Source: Planctomycetota bacterium (lineage in GTDB: Bacteria > Planctomycetota > UBA8108 > UBA1146 > JAJFFE01). Taken from it: 64,000 nucleotides of DNA. The position numbers and the translations under genes were made by a program. This document shows positions 1-11,700 of the stretch, piece after piece (positions within the stretch are counted from its first letter, which is position 1; each line of letters begins with the position of its first letter). The DNA lies in contig JBJXGE010000032.1 of assembly GCA_046154185.1 (NCBI GenBank), forward strand, positions 19,848-83,847. Reading direction: 5' to 3'. Under the pieces are notes generated by a model that saw only the letters and a program-made list of their open reading frames with translations, had not been told where the DNA came from and made no database searches.

Positions 1-507
1 CGCCTTGCGTCGTTCGATGCGATCGGCGAGCGAGTCGCCATCGATGTACTCCATGGCGAAGTAACGGAATCCTTGTGCTTCGCCGTAGTCGTGAATCGCC
101 ACGATATTCGGGTGTCGCAGTCGCGCGATGGTCTGCGCTTCCCGGCGGAATCGATCGCTCTGGCGCGAACTCGTTCCAAAGGGCGCCGGCATCACCTTGA
201 GCGCCACTTCGCGTTTCAGCGAAACCTGCTCGGCGAGATAGACGACGCCCATGCCGCCGCGCCCGATGATGCGAAGCGGCCGGTAATCGCCGAGCTGTTC
301 GGGCAGCGGCATCTCGACGTCGAGCGCATGCGCGTCAAGCACACTACTGACCCGGAGGTACGCCGCACAGCGCCGCTCGACCTCCGCACGCGACTCGCCG
401 GGTACGGTGTCGAGAAATTCATCGAGCGCGATCGGGGCCGCGCCGTCGCAAGCCGCGATATATCGCTCGACCCAAGGATCCGCCGGTTCTGCGCGCTCGT
501 CATTCAT
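1..507 (-). CDS. Hanks-type Ser/Thr protein kinase, N-terminal part (runs off the window start)
   Basis: Not in the ORF track. Manual translation from ATG at 507: MNDERAEPADPWVERY...LGDYRPLRIIGRGGMGVVYLAEQVSLKREVALKV...RFRREAQTIARLRHPNIVAIHDYGEAQGFRYFAMEYIDG, i.e. kinase subdomains I-V. Confidence 0.93.
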   Translation of the reverse strand, partial: MNDERAEPADPWVERYIAACDGAAPIALDEFLDTVPGESRAEVERRCAAYLRVSSVLDAHALDVEMPLPEQLGDYRPLRIIGRGGMGVVYLAEQVSLKREVALKVMPAPFGTSSRQSDRFRREAQTIARLRHPNIVAIHDYGEAQGFRYFAMEYIDGDSLADRIERRKA

Positions 508-752
508 TGCCGCAGAATAAACCCCTGCGGCCTGCTTGACAAAGGCCCGCTCACGGGCGTCGCGGCGCGGGTCGCCCGGGCCGTTGATAGCCAAGCAACC
601 TAACTACGCGCGATTTCGACAGGTGGTGCGGCGAGCGACTGTCCGCAAAACTTCGTTCCAGGCCTTCGGACGGCGTAAATCGAGAGTCGCAGCAAATGAA
701 TCGTCGAACGGGAATCGGCGTTGTCGCTGTTTGCAGCGCGTCGACTCGCCGA

Positions 753-2417
753 TCAGTGCGCCGTCTCCGACCCGAGCGTCGGCGGCAGTTCGCCGCGCGC
801 TTTCGCGGCGAGGTCGGCTATTTGGCGGCGCAGTTCGAAGTAGGTCGTGACCGTGTAGGGGTGGGCCTGCGCAACGGCTTCGAGTCGCGCGACGACGTCG
901 CGATAGCGGCGCTGCTCGATGAGATGCTCGCGACTGATCGCCTGCTGCGCTTCGGCAAGCGCGACGCGTGCCCGACCCTCGAGCGTCAGCACATACCCTA
1001 GTAAGGCCAGCACGCAGATCGCGACCGCACGGCGTACGATCCGGCGCCGCGCCGCGCGCCGGCGCTGGTGCGCCTGGGTGTCGATCGCGTCGAGCGCCTG
1101 CAGCGCGTCTTTGTTGTTCGCATCGACTTCCAACACCTCGGCGTAAAACTCGCGCGCGACATCGAACTCTTGCCGCGCGATGAGGATCTTGCCGAAGCGC
1201 GCGAGCAGCTTGATCGCAGCTTGCGGCTCACCGAGATCGACGAGGCACCGGGCGAGTTCCCGCTGCGGCGCGGCCGCCTGCGGATCGAGTTTCACGAGCC
1301 GCTCCAGAACTTCGCGGGCCCGCGCGTGGAGTCCCGGCCCGCGGTACACCGCAACGAGTTCGAGGCCCTCTTTGATCGCATCTGCTTTGCGCCGTTCCTC
1401 GATCGCGAGCGCAAGACATCGCTCCAACACCGCCGGGTCGTTCGGCGCCATGCGCTTTGCCTCGAGTAACGCCGCGTGCGCCTCGTCGCGCGCACCCGAC
1501 TGCAGCTTGAGATGCGCAATGATCTTCACCGCGGCGCTCGCCGACTCGTGATCGCCGAGCCGCTCCGCGAGCTGCGCTTCGCAGGCCAGAAATCCCAAAT
1601 GGTGCGGCTCACTCGCGAGTCCGCGCTGCAGGATCGTGCGGGCGCGCTTCGGGTCGCTGGTCGCGACGCGTTGCGCGACCGCGAGCAACTCCTCGCCTTC
1701 CGCCGCTGAGACAATGCGCTCGCGCACGAGCCGCGCGAGTATGCTGTAAACCTCGAGACGCGAGATGGGAAATTCGTCACTGATCTCGCTCACCGAGCGC
1801 GTGCCATCGAGGCGTTTCAACATCGCTTGGGCAAGCTGCGGATTGTCGATATCGGCCGGGAGTTCGATACCGGGCAGAGCGAAGTAGTGGGCGGAATCAG
1901 ACGGAACCACTTTCCGCGCCATCGCCCAGTGATCCGAGCGCCGAGCGGCCTCGAGCAAGAGGGCACTCACACCGAGCTGGAGCCGCAACGCCCGCTCTTC
2001 GGCATCGAAGATGCGCGCGGGCGGCTCACCCTCGTGAAACTGAAAGCGACCCGTGCTCGTCAGCGCGACGAGATCGGCAACGTCATCCGCGAGCACTTGT
2101 CCGGCGAGTTCGGCAAGCGCGGCTTCTTTGATGACATCCATCGCGACAAGCACCTCGCCGAGCGACTTCTTCGAGCCGCGGCGTTTCGTGCGCGCGGTCT
2201 CGAGTTGACGCTCGGTCAGGTAGCCGAGCGCGACGAGCCGCTCTGCGAGCGGCGGCCGACCCGGCCGCGCAAACATCGCGATCTTGCCTTCGAGAAAATA
2301 GAGGAACACCGACTGTTGCGTGTTCTCGATGCTCAACGTGCCGCAGCATCGATGACTCTCGAAGTTCTGCAACAAGTCGGGCAGATGGATGCTGGTCAGC
2401 TCGCCGTAGAAGCTCAT
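753..2417 (-). CDS. DUF4388 (PatA-N-like) domain protein with degenerate MshEN-like motif, TPR repeats and a C-terminal TM helix
   Basis: N-terminus MSFYGELTSIHLPDLLQ...GTLSI...LYFLEGKI is typical of DUF4388; LLLEAARRSDHW motif; Ala/Leu-rich helical repeats; hydrophobic AVAICVLALLGYVL after an Arg cluster. Confidence 0.75.
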   Translation of the reverse strand: MSFYGELTSIHLPDLLQNFESHRCCGTLSIENTQQSVFLYFLEGKIAMFARPGRPPLAERLVALGYLTERQLETARTKRRGSKKSLGEVLVAMDVIKEAALAELAGQVLADDVADLVALTSTGRFQFHEGEPPARIFDAEERALRLQLGVSALLLEAARRSDHWAMARKVVPSDSAHYFALPGIELPADIDNPQLAQAMLKRLDGTRSVSEISDEFPISRLEVYSILARLVRERIVSAAEGEELLAVAQRVATSDPKRARTILQRGLASEPHHLGFLACEAQLAERLGDHESASAAVKIIAHLKLQSGARDEAHAALLEAKRMAPNDPAVLERCLALAIEERRKADAIKEGLELVAVYRGPGLHARAREVLERLVKLDPQAAAPQRELARCLVDLGEPQAAIKLLARFGKILIARQEFDVAREFYAEVLEVDANNKDALQALDAIDTQAHQRRRAARRRIVRRAVAICVLALLGYVLTLEGRARVALAEAQQAISREHLIEQRRYRDVVARLEAVAQAHPYTVTTYFELRRQIADLAAKARGELPPTLGSETAH

Positions 2418-2473
2418 CGCCCGGTTCCTTGCGGTGCCCGTCCCTGAGATGCACGCGGTAAATAATTTCTCAT

Positions 2474-3880
2474 CTAAAGTATCGAACGCTCGGGCGCGCT
2501 CGGCAAATCGGCGCCGGAATCGTCGAGCGAGCCCAGAGTTGCAACCAACGCGACGAGCAGTAGCAATGGCCCGTAGGCGAGCGCCGCGCTCGCCTGCGCC
2601 AACCGATCACCGGCGCGTCCGACAACTTCTGCGCAGGACGCGAGCGGTAGTCCAGCGGCGAACGCCAAAGTCGCCGACCAGCGCTGCGGCGCGCGCAGAC
2701 GCACGACCACGCTTGCGATTCCGAGCACCACGAGGAGCGGGAGAAGCGGCGGATCAATGCCGCCGATAAACAGCCCCAGGACGAACAACATCGCCGCCGC
2801 GCCGCCGAGCGCCCCGCCCCATACGATTTCCCGCCACGACGCGCAGCGCAGTTGCAGGAGCAGCCAAAAGTACGGCACGAGCATCAGCACGTGAAGCGCT
2901 TTTCGTACGATCGGGGCCGCGAGCAGCATCACAATGATTGCGACCGCGTAAGCGAGGAGCGGATCGTCGCGCCGCTCTGCGCGCAGATAAAGCGCGATGC
3001 CGAGCACAGCGACGACGGCGCACATCGCGAGCCACGTATTTCGTTGCGCACTTGGGCGCAACGCGTCGTTCGCACCGGTGAGGCGATAAACGAGCGGCTT
3101 CAACGACACCCCAGGTTGATAATCCGTTGCGGCGACCGTGCTGAGCGCGGCAAAGTCGCGATACGTCTTCGTCAAGTTTTCGCCGAGCACGAGCGCAGGA
3201 ATCAACAAACCGAAGAGCAGACAACCGACCAGAAACCCACCCACCGACCGCCAGGACCGGCTGAGGAAGTAGAGCACGAACATGCCGCTCGGCCAAACCT
3301 TGAGCCACGCCGCCAGCGCAATCCAGAATCCGGCGCCCCCCCGTCGCCCGCTTTGCGCCGCTCGGATCGCCACGACAAACGCGAGCAACACCAGCGTGTT
3401 CACTTGACCATTGAGGAAACTACTCCCGAGCGGTTTCAGTATCGCGATCGTGAGCAGCAGCTCTGCCCCGCGACGCCAGCGGAGATCGACCAGCTGTTGC
3501 GCAAGCAATCGCACGGCGGCCCACGCCGCGGCCGTGATGATAAATGCCCAGCAGACGGCCGCGACCGACGCGCCGACCGAGACGAGCGGCGCGAGCAGGG
3601 TCGCGAGGAGCGGTGGATACAGGTAACCCGTCGCCGCATAGAGATCGCCGCTCGCCAGGCACCGGCGCGCGGCATCGAAGTAGCGCCCCGAGTCGTGGTC
3701 GAGTTCGAGCGCACTTTGCGTCGCGGTGACGAGGAGCACGAACCAAACCATCGTTTGCAAGCAGGTCAGCGCCGGGACAGATGTGATGAATCGCAGCCAT
3801 CGCGCTCGCAACGTATGCCTAGACTCCCAGGCTCGTTTCGGTAGGATGCCCCGCCTCACGAGCCAACCTGTGGTCGCCAC
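2474..3880 (-). CDS. GT87 (DUF2029) GT-C-fold membrane glycosyltransferase; start uncertain
   Basis: Polytopic hydrophobic protein with DSGRY, YLYPPLLATLLAPL, GQVN and LAAWLKVWP motifs. Confidence 0.8.
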   Translation of the reverse strand: MATTGWLVRRGILPKRAWESRHTLRARWLRFITSVPALTCLQTMVWFVLLVTATQSALELDHDSGRYFDAARRCLASGDLYAATGYLYPPLLATLLAPLVSVGASVAAVCWAFIITAAAWAAVRLLAQQLVDLRWRRGAELLLTIAILKPLGSSFLNGQVNTLVLLAFVVAIRAAQSGRRGGAGFWIALAAWLKVWPSGMFVLYFLSRSWRSVGGFLVGCLLFGLLIPALVLGENLTKTYRDFAALSTVAATDYQPGVSLKPLVYRLTGANDALRPSAQRNTWLAMCAVVAVLGIALYLRAERRDDPLLAYAVAIIVMLLAAPIVRKALHVLMLVPYFWLLLQLRCASWREIVWGGALGGAAAMLFVLGLFIGGIDPPLLPLLVVLGIASVVVRLRAPQRWSATLAFAAGLPLASCAEVVGRAGDRLAQASAALAYGPLLLLVALVATLGSLDDSGADLPSAPERSIL

Positions 3881-3927
3881 GGAGGATGCCGGGCGCCGCG
3901 ATTTAGTCCGTCAACCATGCCCGCCGT

Positions 3928-5724
3928 GTGGAACGCCGACAACCGTCGAGAATACCCAGAGCGCAGGAGCAGCGACTTACGTTGATCAATCCCAGCCGAC
4001 CTGCCGCGGGTCTCGACTGCCTATTGGGTTCGACGCGCGAAACCGTGGCCGCCACACACTCACTCGACACGGGTACGCTGTTACCGATCGGATCGCTCGC
4101 ACCGATCGGATCGCTCGCCGGTGCGACGACGATCGCTCACACCGATGCCGAAATCGCCGCGGTCTTCGCCGACACCCGGCAAGCCTTCGCGGTCACCGAG
4201 TCGAATGGTGCGCCAGCGCTCGCACTTTGTCCATCGCCGGCTTCGAGCGCGAGTCGTTCGCTGCCGATCTACGCGTGGTGTCCCGCGCAACCGCTCAACC
4301 GACTGGGCGACAGCTCTTTCCTGCACGACGTCGGCATTCAGTACGCCTACGCCGCCGGTTCGATGGCGAACGGCATTGCGTCGGTCGCGCTCGTCGAAGC
4401 GCTCGCGCGCGCGCGCGTGCTCAGTTTTTTCGGCGCCGCTGGACTCGCGCCCACGGAAGTCGAAAAAGCCATCGATCAGCTCGAAGCGCGCCTCGACGCG
4501 CGCGAGCATCGCTACGGCTTCAATCTCATCCACAGTCCCAACGAGCCGGAGCTCGAAGCCGCGATCGTCGACCTCTATTTGCGCCGCGGTATCCGCCTCG
4601 TTGAAGCGAGCGCGTATCTCGATCTCACGTTGCCACTCATCCGCTACCGCACGCACGGCATCACGCGCGACGCCGCGGGACATCCACACGCGCCGAATCG
4701 GGTGATCGGCAAAGTCTCGCGCGTCGAAGTAGCGACAAAGTTCTTGTCGCCGCCACCGGCGCGCTTCCTCTCAGAACTCGTCGCGCGCGGCGAACTCAGC
4801 CCGCTGCAAGCCGAACTCGCCGCCCAGCTGCCGGTCGCGCAAGATATCACCGCGGAAGCCGATTCGGGCGGGCACACCGACAATCGACCGGCGCTCGCGC
4901 TGCTGCCGGCGATGTTGGCGCTGCGCGATCGCCTCGCCGCCCAGTTCAACTACGCGGCGCCGCTCCGCGTCGGCGCGGCCGGCGGCATCGCCACACCGGC
5001 GGCGGTCGCTGCAGCCTTCGCGATGGGCGCCGCCTACGTGATGACCGGCTCGATCAATCAAGCGTGTCGCGAGTCAGGCAGTTCCGACATCGTGCGTGAC
5101 CTGCTCGCCGAGGCCGCGCAGGCCGACGTCGTGATGGCGCCCGCGGCCGACATGTTCGAGATGGGCGTGAAGGTGCAAGTCCTCAAGCGTGGAACGCTCT
5201 TCGGCATGCGCGCCGCGCGACTCTATGAGCTCTATCGTTCGGCCGCGAGCCTCGACGACATTGCGCCGCGCGATCGCGAGCAACTCGAGAAACAGTTCTT
5301 TCGCGCGAGCCTCGGGGATGTGTGGCGTGAGACGGCAGAGTTTTTTCGCGCGCGCGACGCACAACAGCTCGAGCGCGCCGAGCGCGATCCAAAGCACAAA
5401 ATGGCGCTCGTGTTTCGCTGGTACTTGGGCAAATCATCGCGCTGGGCAAATAGCGGCGTCGCCGATCGCAAAGTCGATTTCCAAGTCTGGTGCGGACCAG
5501 CCATGGGCGCCTTCAACGAGTGGACCAAAGGCAGTTGCCTCGAACGCGCGGCCGACCGCAATGTGGTGGCGGTTGCCTTCAACTTGCTCTACGGCGCGGC
5601 ACTCGTCAGTCGCGCGCAGATGTTGCGTAGTCAAGGAATCCGCTTGAGCGCTTCGCTCGCTCGTGTTGCGCCGCGTCCGTTGGCCGAGCTTGAACCGTTT
5701 TTCGCCGTGAATAGAGGATGCTGA
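3928..5724 (+). CDS. pfaD: PfaD-family FMN-dependent enoyl-ACP reductase (PUFA/PKS synthase); true start may be slightly downstream
   Basis: YAAGSMANGIAS, SFFGAAGL, NLIHSPNEP, VEASAY, AEADSGGHTDNRP, MAPAADMFEMGVKVQVLKRGTLF, QVWCGPAMGAFN. Confidence 0.95.
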   Translation: MERRQPSRIPRAQEQRLTLINPSRPAAGLDCLLGSTRETVAATHSLDTGTLLPIGSLAPIGSLAGATTIAHTDAEIAAVFADTRQAFAVTESNGAPALALCPSPASSASRSLPIYAWCPAQPLNRLGDSSFLHDVGIQYAYAAGSMANGIASVALVEALARARVLSFFGAAGLAPTEVEKAIDQLEARLDAREHRYGFNLIHSPNEPELEAAIVDLYLRRGIRLVEASAYLDLTLPLIRYRTHGITRDAAGHPHAPNRVIGKVSRVEVATKFLSPPPARFLSELVARGELSPLQAELAAQLPVAQDITAEADSGGHTDNRPALALLPAMLALRDRLAAQFNYAAPLRVGAAGGIATPAAVAAAFAMGAAYVMTGSINQACRESGSSDIVRDLLAEAAQADVVMAPAADMFEMGVKVQVLKRGTLFGMRAARLYELYRSAASLDDIAPRDREQLEKQFFRASLGDVWRETAEFFRARDAQQLERAERDPKHKMALVFRWYLGKSSRWANSGVADRKVDFQVWCGPAMGAFNEWTKGSCLERAADRNVVAVAFNLLYGAALVSRAQMLRSQGIRLSASLARVAPRPLAELEPFFAVNRGC

Positions 5725-5725
5725 G

Positions 5726-8700
5726 ATGGCCGAAGACACGAGCCGCGCGACGCCGGAGCCGATCGCGATCGTCGGCATGTCGTGCCTGTTTCCGCGCGCC
5801 GGCAGCCTGGCCGAATATTGGCAACTGCTCAAGCACGGCCGCGACGCCATCACGAGCGTGCCGGCGACGCATTGGTCGCCAAGTGACTACTTCGATCCGG
5901 ATCCGAAGGCGCCCGATCGCACCTACGCCAATCGCGGCGGGTTTCTCGCGCCGGTCGACTTCGATCCGATGGAATACGGCATTCTGCCCGCGAGTTTGGA
6001 AGCCACCGACACAACGCAGTTACTCGGACTCCTCGTCGCGCACGGCGCACTCCGCGATGCGGGGTATGTCGATGGTGGTAAGAGCTTCGACCGTTCGCGC
6101 GCGAGCGTCATTCTCGGCGTGACCGGCACGCTCGAACTCGTGATCCCACTCGGCGCGCGCCTCGGCCATCCGATTTGGCGACGCGCGCTCGCCGAAGCGG
6201 GTGTGGCGCCCGCGGTCGCCGACGATGTCGTCGCGCGAATCTCGAATTCCTACGTACCGTGGCAGGAAAACTCGTTTCCCGGCCTCCTCGGTAACGTCGC
6301 GGCCGGCCGCATCGCGAACCGGCTCGATCTCGGCGGTACGAACTGCGTTGTCGATGCGGCGTGCGCGAGTTCGCTCGGCGCGCTCCACTTGGCAGCGCTC
6401 GAGCTCAACGCGCATCGCACGGACCTCGTGATCTCGGGCGGCGCCGACACCTTCAACGACATTTTCATGTACATGTGTTTTTCGAAAACGCCCGCGCTGT
6501 CGGCGACCGGCGATGCGCGGCCGTTCTCGAGCGACGGCGACGGCACGATCCTCGGCGAAGGCATCGGCATGATGGTGCTCAAGCGGCTCGGCGATGCGCA
6601 ACGCGACGGGGATCGTGTGTACGCGGTGATTCGCGGCATCGGCGCATCGAGCGATGGCAAAGGCAACGCGATTTACGCGCCGAGTGCGAAAGGCCAGGCG
6701 CGCGCGCTCAACGCCGCGTATGCGATGGCAGACATAACGCCAGACACCATTGAGTTACTCGAAGCGCATGGCACGGGCACCGTCGTCGGCGACGCAACCG
6801 AAGTTTCGGCGCTCGCGCAGGTGTACAGCGCGGCGCGCGGCGCGGGCACGCCGATCGAGAGCGCGTGGTGCGCGCTCGGCTCGGTGAAGTCGCAGATCGG
6901 TCACACGAAAGCGGCGGCCGGTGTCGCCGGTGTCATGAAGGCGGCGCTCGCGCTCTATCACAAAACGCTACCGCCGACCATCAAGGTGAAAGCGCCCATC
7001 GCCGAAGTCGCGCCCGGTCGCACGCCGTTCTATCTGAACACGGAACGGCGGCCGTGGATCGGCCGCGCCGCACACGCACGACGCGCCGGCGTCAGCGCGT
7101 TTGGATTTGGCGGCAGTAATTTCCACGCTGTCCTCGAAGAGGCGGATCGCACGAAGTCGGCGCCAGACTGGGATGGAAGCGTCGAACTCGTGTGCCTCGG
7201 CGCCGAGAATGTCGCGGCGCTGCGCGCGGAACTCGAACCGTGGGCCAAGGCGCGCGAGTGGGAGCCGGGACAAATCTCCGCGCGCGCGGCCGCGAGTCGC
7301 GCCGGGTTCTCGACGACGAGTGCCGTGCGGCTCGCGTTCGTCATCGAGATGGAAACGACGAACATCGCGGCGCTCGTCCGCGGCGCCCTTGCACAACTCG
7401 AGGGTCGCGCCGACGCAAGTTCTTGGACGACGCCCGACGGCGCGCACTTCGGCCGCGGGCCGCGCTTGGGAGAACTCGCGTTCCTGATCCCGGGGCAAGG
7501 TGCGCAGTACCCGGGCATGTTGCGGGACCTCGCGTGCCAGTTTCCGGAATTCCTCGAGAGCCTCAGTGCCGCGGATGAAGAATATTGGCACGGCGCGAAT
7601 CACGAGCCGAAGCGGCGCCTCAGCGACTGTATTTTTCCGCAGCCGCGCTTTTCGCCATCGCCGAGCGCAAACTCCGACGACAAGTCGCATGAAGAAATTC
7701 TGCAAGCGACCGAGATCGCGCAGCCGAGCCTCGGCGCCGTCAGTATCGCGGCGCTCGATGTACTGCGTTCGTTCCGCATCGAGCCGAGCGCGCTGGCCGG
7801 TCATAGTTTCGGCGAACTCGTCGCGCTCTGTGCCGCCGGCGTCTACTCGCCGCGCGCGCTCCACCAACTCGCGAATTTCCGCGGCCGGCTGATGGCGACC
7901 GCCGGCAGCGAGCGCGCCGGCGGCGATCGCGGCGGCATGCTCGCGGTGCAAGCCGAAAGTCGCGAGCTCGAGCATCAAATCACGACGCATTCCCTCGCGC
8001 TCGTCGTTGCGAATCGCAATGCGCCGCGTCAACAAGTGCTGTCGGGGGCAAGCGCCGAGATCGAGCGCGCCGCGGGGTTACTCGAGAAAGCCGGTTTCCG
8101 TTCGCGGCGCCTCCAAGTCGCGGGCGCGTTTCATAGTCGCTTCGTGTCCAACGCCGAAGCGCCATTTCGCGAAGTGTTGCGGCGCGTGCGCTGCAAATCG
8201 CCGAGTATCGCGGTCTACGCCAATTCGACGGGCGATCGCTACCCCGCGGACGGTGACGATGTTCGCGCGATTCTCGCCGGTCAGCTCGCGCGGCCAGTCG
8301 AGTTCGTGCGGCTCGTGAACAACATGTACCGCGATGGTGCGCGCGTGTTCGTCGAAGTCGGACCGGGCGCGCGACTCACATCGCTGGCGCACTCGATTCT
8401 CGAGGATCGACCGCACACCGCGATCGCGCTCGATGCATCCAGTGGCAAGCGCAGCGGCCTCGCGGATCTCGCGCGCGTGCTGGCGCAACTCGGCGCGCTC
8501 GGCCACGACGCCGCGTGGGCGAACTGGAACGGCGGCGCGCCGGTGCCCGCCAAAACTCCAGCGACGCGGCGGCTGACCGTGAAACTCTCGGGCGCCAACT
8601 ACGTGACCCGACCCGCGTCGACACCGGTCGTTCCCCTCGTCAAGCAACCGAATTTTGAATTGAGGTCCGAACCGATCGTTCCGACTCCCGCTCCGCGCGT

Positions 8701-11700
8701 CGCCGCGTCGAGCGTGTCCCCCTCAGTGCGAATCGAGACGCCTGTCGTGAAGACTTCCGCTCCGCCATCCGTCCCGGCCGCGCCAGCGCCAACTCCGGCG
8801 CTGACGCTCATTCAAAGTCAGCTCGCGGCGCTCAACGAGTTGCAGCGCGAGACCGCGCGCCTCCACGAACAATTCCTCGAAGGGCAGCGCCTCGCGCAGC
8901 TGAGCTATCTCAAGCTGCTGGAGAGTCAGGAGCGTTTCGCCGGAGTTGCACCGAGCGTACGGGTAGCGCCGATTGCAGTCGTCGCGGCAACTGTGCCGCC
9001 GACGCCGGCGGTGGTGGTCGCACCGGTCGATGTCGTCGCGCCGCTCGCCACGCCCGTGATGGAAGTGAGCCCCGCGTCGACGCGCGATGTCGGCGCGGAA
9101 GCGGTGCTCGCGATCGTCGCCGAGAAGACCGGCTACCCGGTCGAGAGCTTGGCGATCGAGATGGAGCTCGACGCCGACCTCGGCATCGATTCGATCAAAC
9201 GCGTGGAAATTCTTTCGGCGTTGCAGGAGCGATTCCCGATGGCGCCGCGCGTGCGCGCCGAGCAGCTCGGCACGCTGCGGCGCCTCTCGGACCTCGTCGG
9301 CGCGCTCGGATCGGTCGTCGACATTCCGGCTTCGCGCCCCACATCGATACCCGCCGCCGCGCCGTCAACGCCTGCGAAAAACTCGCCGCACGAAGTCGCT
9401 GTCGACTCGCACTCGCGTCTCGGCCCGGAGCTGATCCGAATCGTCGCGGAGAAAACCGGCTACCCGCCGGAGATGCTCGGACTCGAAATGGAGCTCGAAG
9501 CGGATCTCGGCATCGACTCGATCAAGCGCGTCGAAATCCTATCGGCCTTGCAAAGCAGCTTTCCCGAGTTCGAAACGCTGAAGGCCGAACATCTCGGAAC
9601 CCTGCGTCGCCTCGCGGATATCGTGGCGCACTTCGCACAGCGAAACGCCGCAACACCGGTCGCGCAGCCGGCTCCGCACGTCCACGTTCCCATGCAATCT
9701 CGCCGGGATGTGACGTGCGAAGAAGTGATCGCTAGACCGCTCAACACGAACGCGCCGCGCGCTGCGCGCGACGTCGCGCCGAATGCGCTGGTCTGGATCG
9801 TCGGCGCTCCGAACGAACTCACGCGGCGCACGATCGCGGCGCTCAGCGCCCGCGGCGTGCATGCGGCTGAAATCAATGTCGCGGCTCCGGCGACACTCAC
9901 CGCGCCCGGCGAACTGGCCGGTCTTCTCGTTTTGCCAGCGGAGTCGCCGCGAAATTCTGAAGAATGGCGGCAGGTTGTCCACGTACTTCAATGCGCGCAA
10001 CCGGCGCTCGTGCGAAACCGTGGCTTCTTCGTTGGCGTCTCGGTGCTCGGCGGTCGGTTCGGTATCGGTGAATTCACGGCGAACGGCGACGCGCTGTCGG
10101 CCGGGATCGCCGGCCTCGTAAAAACCGTCCACCAGGAATGGCCCGACGTCGCGTGCAAATGCCTCGACGTCGCATTGCCGCCGGCGCAGAACGCCGCCGC
10201 GATGGATGCGCTCGCAGACTCGATCATCACTGAAGCCTTGACCACCGGGCCCATCGAAATCGGTATCCAAGGCGCGGCGCTCTTCAGCGTCGAGACGCGC
10301 GCCCGCGTGGCGACCACGAATCCGGCGCGCAATCCCGCGCGGCCGCTCCTCGAGCCGCGCGACCTGGTCGTGATCACCGGCGGCGCGCGCGGCGTGACGG
10401 CCGAAGCGGCGCTCGCACTCGCGACGCGCTACCGTCCGACGATCGCGCTCGTCGGTCGCACGAACATCGACGAAGAGGAGCCGCAGTGGCTTCGCGATGC
10501 CGCCGGCCAACTCGTCACCGGCGAAGCCGCGCTCAAAGCCGCGATCGCAACGAACACGCACGGTCGCATGCTGGGCCAACTCGCGCCGCGCGAGTTGGAA
10601 GCGGCGTATCAGCGCATCGTTGCGGTCCGCGCAATCCGTACGAATCTCGCGCGGCTTCGCGCGACCGGCGCCGACGTCAGTTATCACGCGGTGGATGTCG
10701 CGGACGGCCCGGCGATCGCCGCGCTCTTGCAACATCTCACGCACAAACATGGGAGTATTCGCGGGCTCATCCACGGCGCCGGCACGCTCGCCGACGCGCT
10801 CATCGAGAATCTGACCGAAGATCAACTCACGCACGTTTACGAACCGAAGGTGCGGGGCATCGAAGCGCTCCTCGCCGGACTCGCCACTGTCGGCGGCGAC
10901 GCGCTGCGCTTCCTCGTCCTCTATTCATCGACGACGGCGCGCGTCGGTCGCCGCGGCCAGGCGAGCTATGCGCTCGCGAATGAAGTGCTCAATAAGATTG
11001 CGCAGCGCGAGAGTCGACAGCGCCCCAACACGCGTGTGCTCGCCGTGAACTGGGGACCGTTCGCTGGCGGCATGGTGACGCCGGCGCTCGCGAGTCTCTT
11101 CGCGGCCGAAGGCGTGCCGCTCCTCGATCCCGAGGCGAGCGCCGCGTGGCTCTTGAGCGAACTCGAACACTCCGATCGCACCCCGGTCGAACTCGTCGTG
11201 CTCGGCGGCGGCGCGCCCGCGCCGCGCGCTGGAGCGCCACTCGGCGACAGCGCTGCCGACCCCGTGCTCGAACGCGTGTTGTCGCTCACGGTCAGTCTCG
11301 ACGCCGTGCCGATTCTCGCTGCGCATCGACTCGACCACCAACTCGTCGTGCCGGCCGCGCTGATGATCGAGTGGCTGGCGCAGGCGGCAATGCATGCAAA
11401 CCCCGGCCTCAAGTTTCTCGGCTTCGATGAGTTTCGAGTACTGAACGGCATCACGATCAAGGATGACCAGCGCGTCGAAGTCGAGCTTTGGTGTGCGAAG
11501 CCGAAGATTTCATCCGCAGGCTCGAACGTCGTCGTCGAACTTCGCAGCGCGGACGCGTCGACGCGCGGGTGGCCGCGCCTGCATGCGCGTGCAAGCGTGT
11601 GCCTCGGTTCGAACTATGGTGAGCGCCCTGCATCGTCGCTTGTTCGTCGCTCACCCGCTGCACTGCCGCTCGATGCTCCGCGCGCGGGAGCCGAGCTTTA

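Noticed and set aside
9091-9640. Internal DNA repeat in pfaA as a mobile or repeat element
   Set aside because: Explained by the two tandem ACP domains.
6968-10834. Long antisense ORFs inside pfaA, and similar ones at 2852-3844, 31739-32971, 51958-53157 and 62611-63945
   Set aside because: Shadow ORFs expected from high-GC codon bias opposite real genes; Arg-rich with no motifs.
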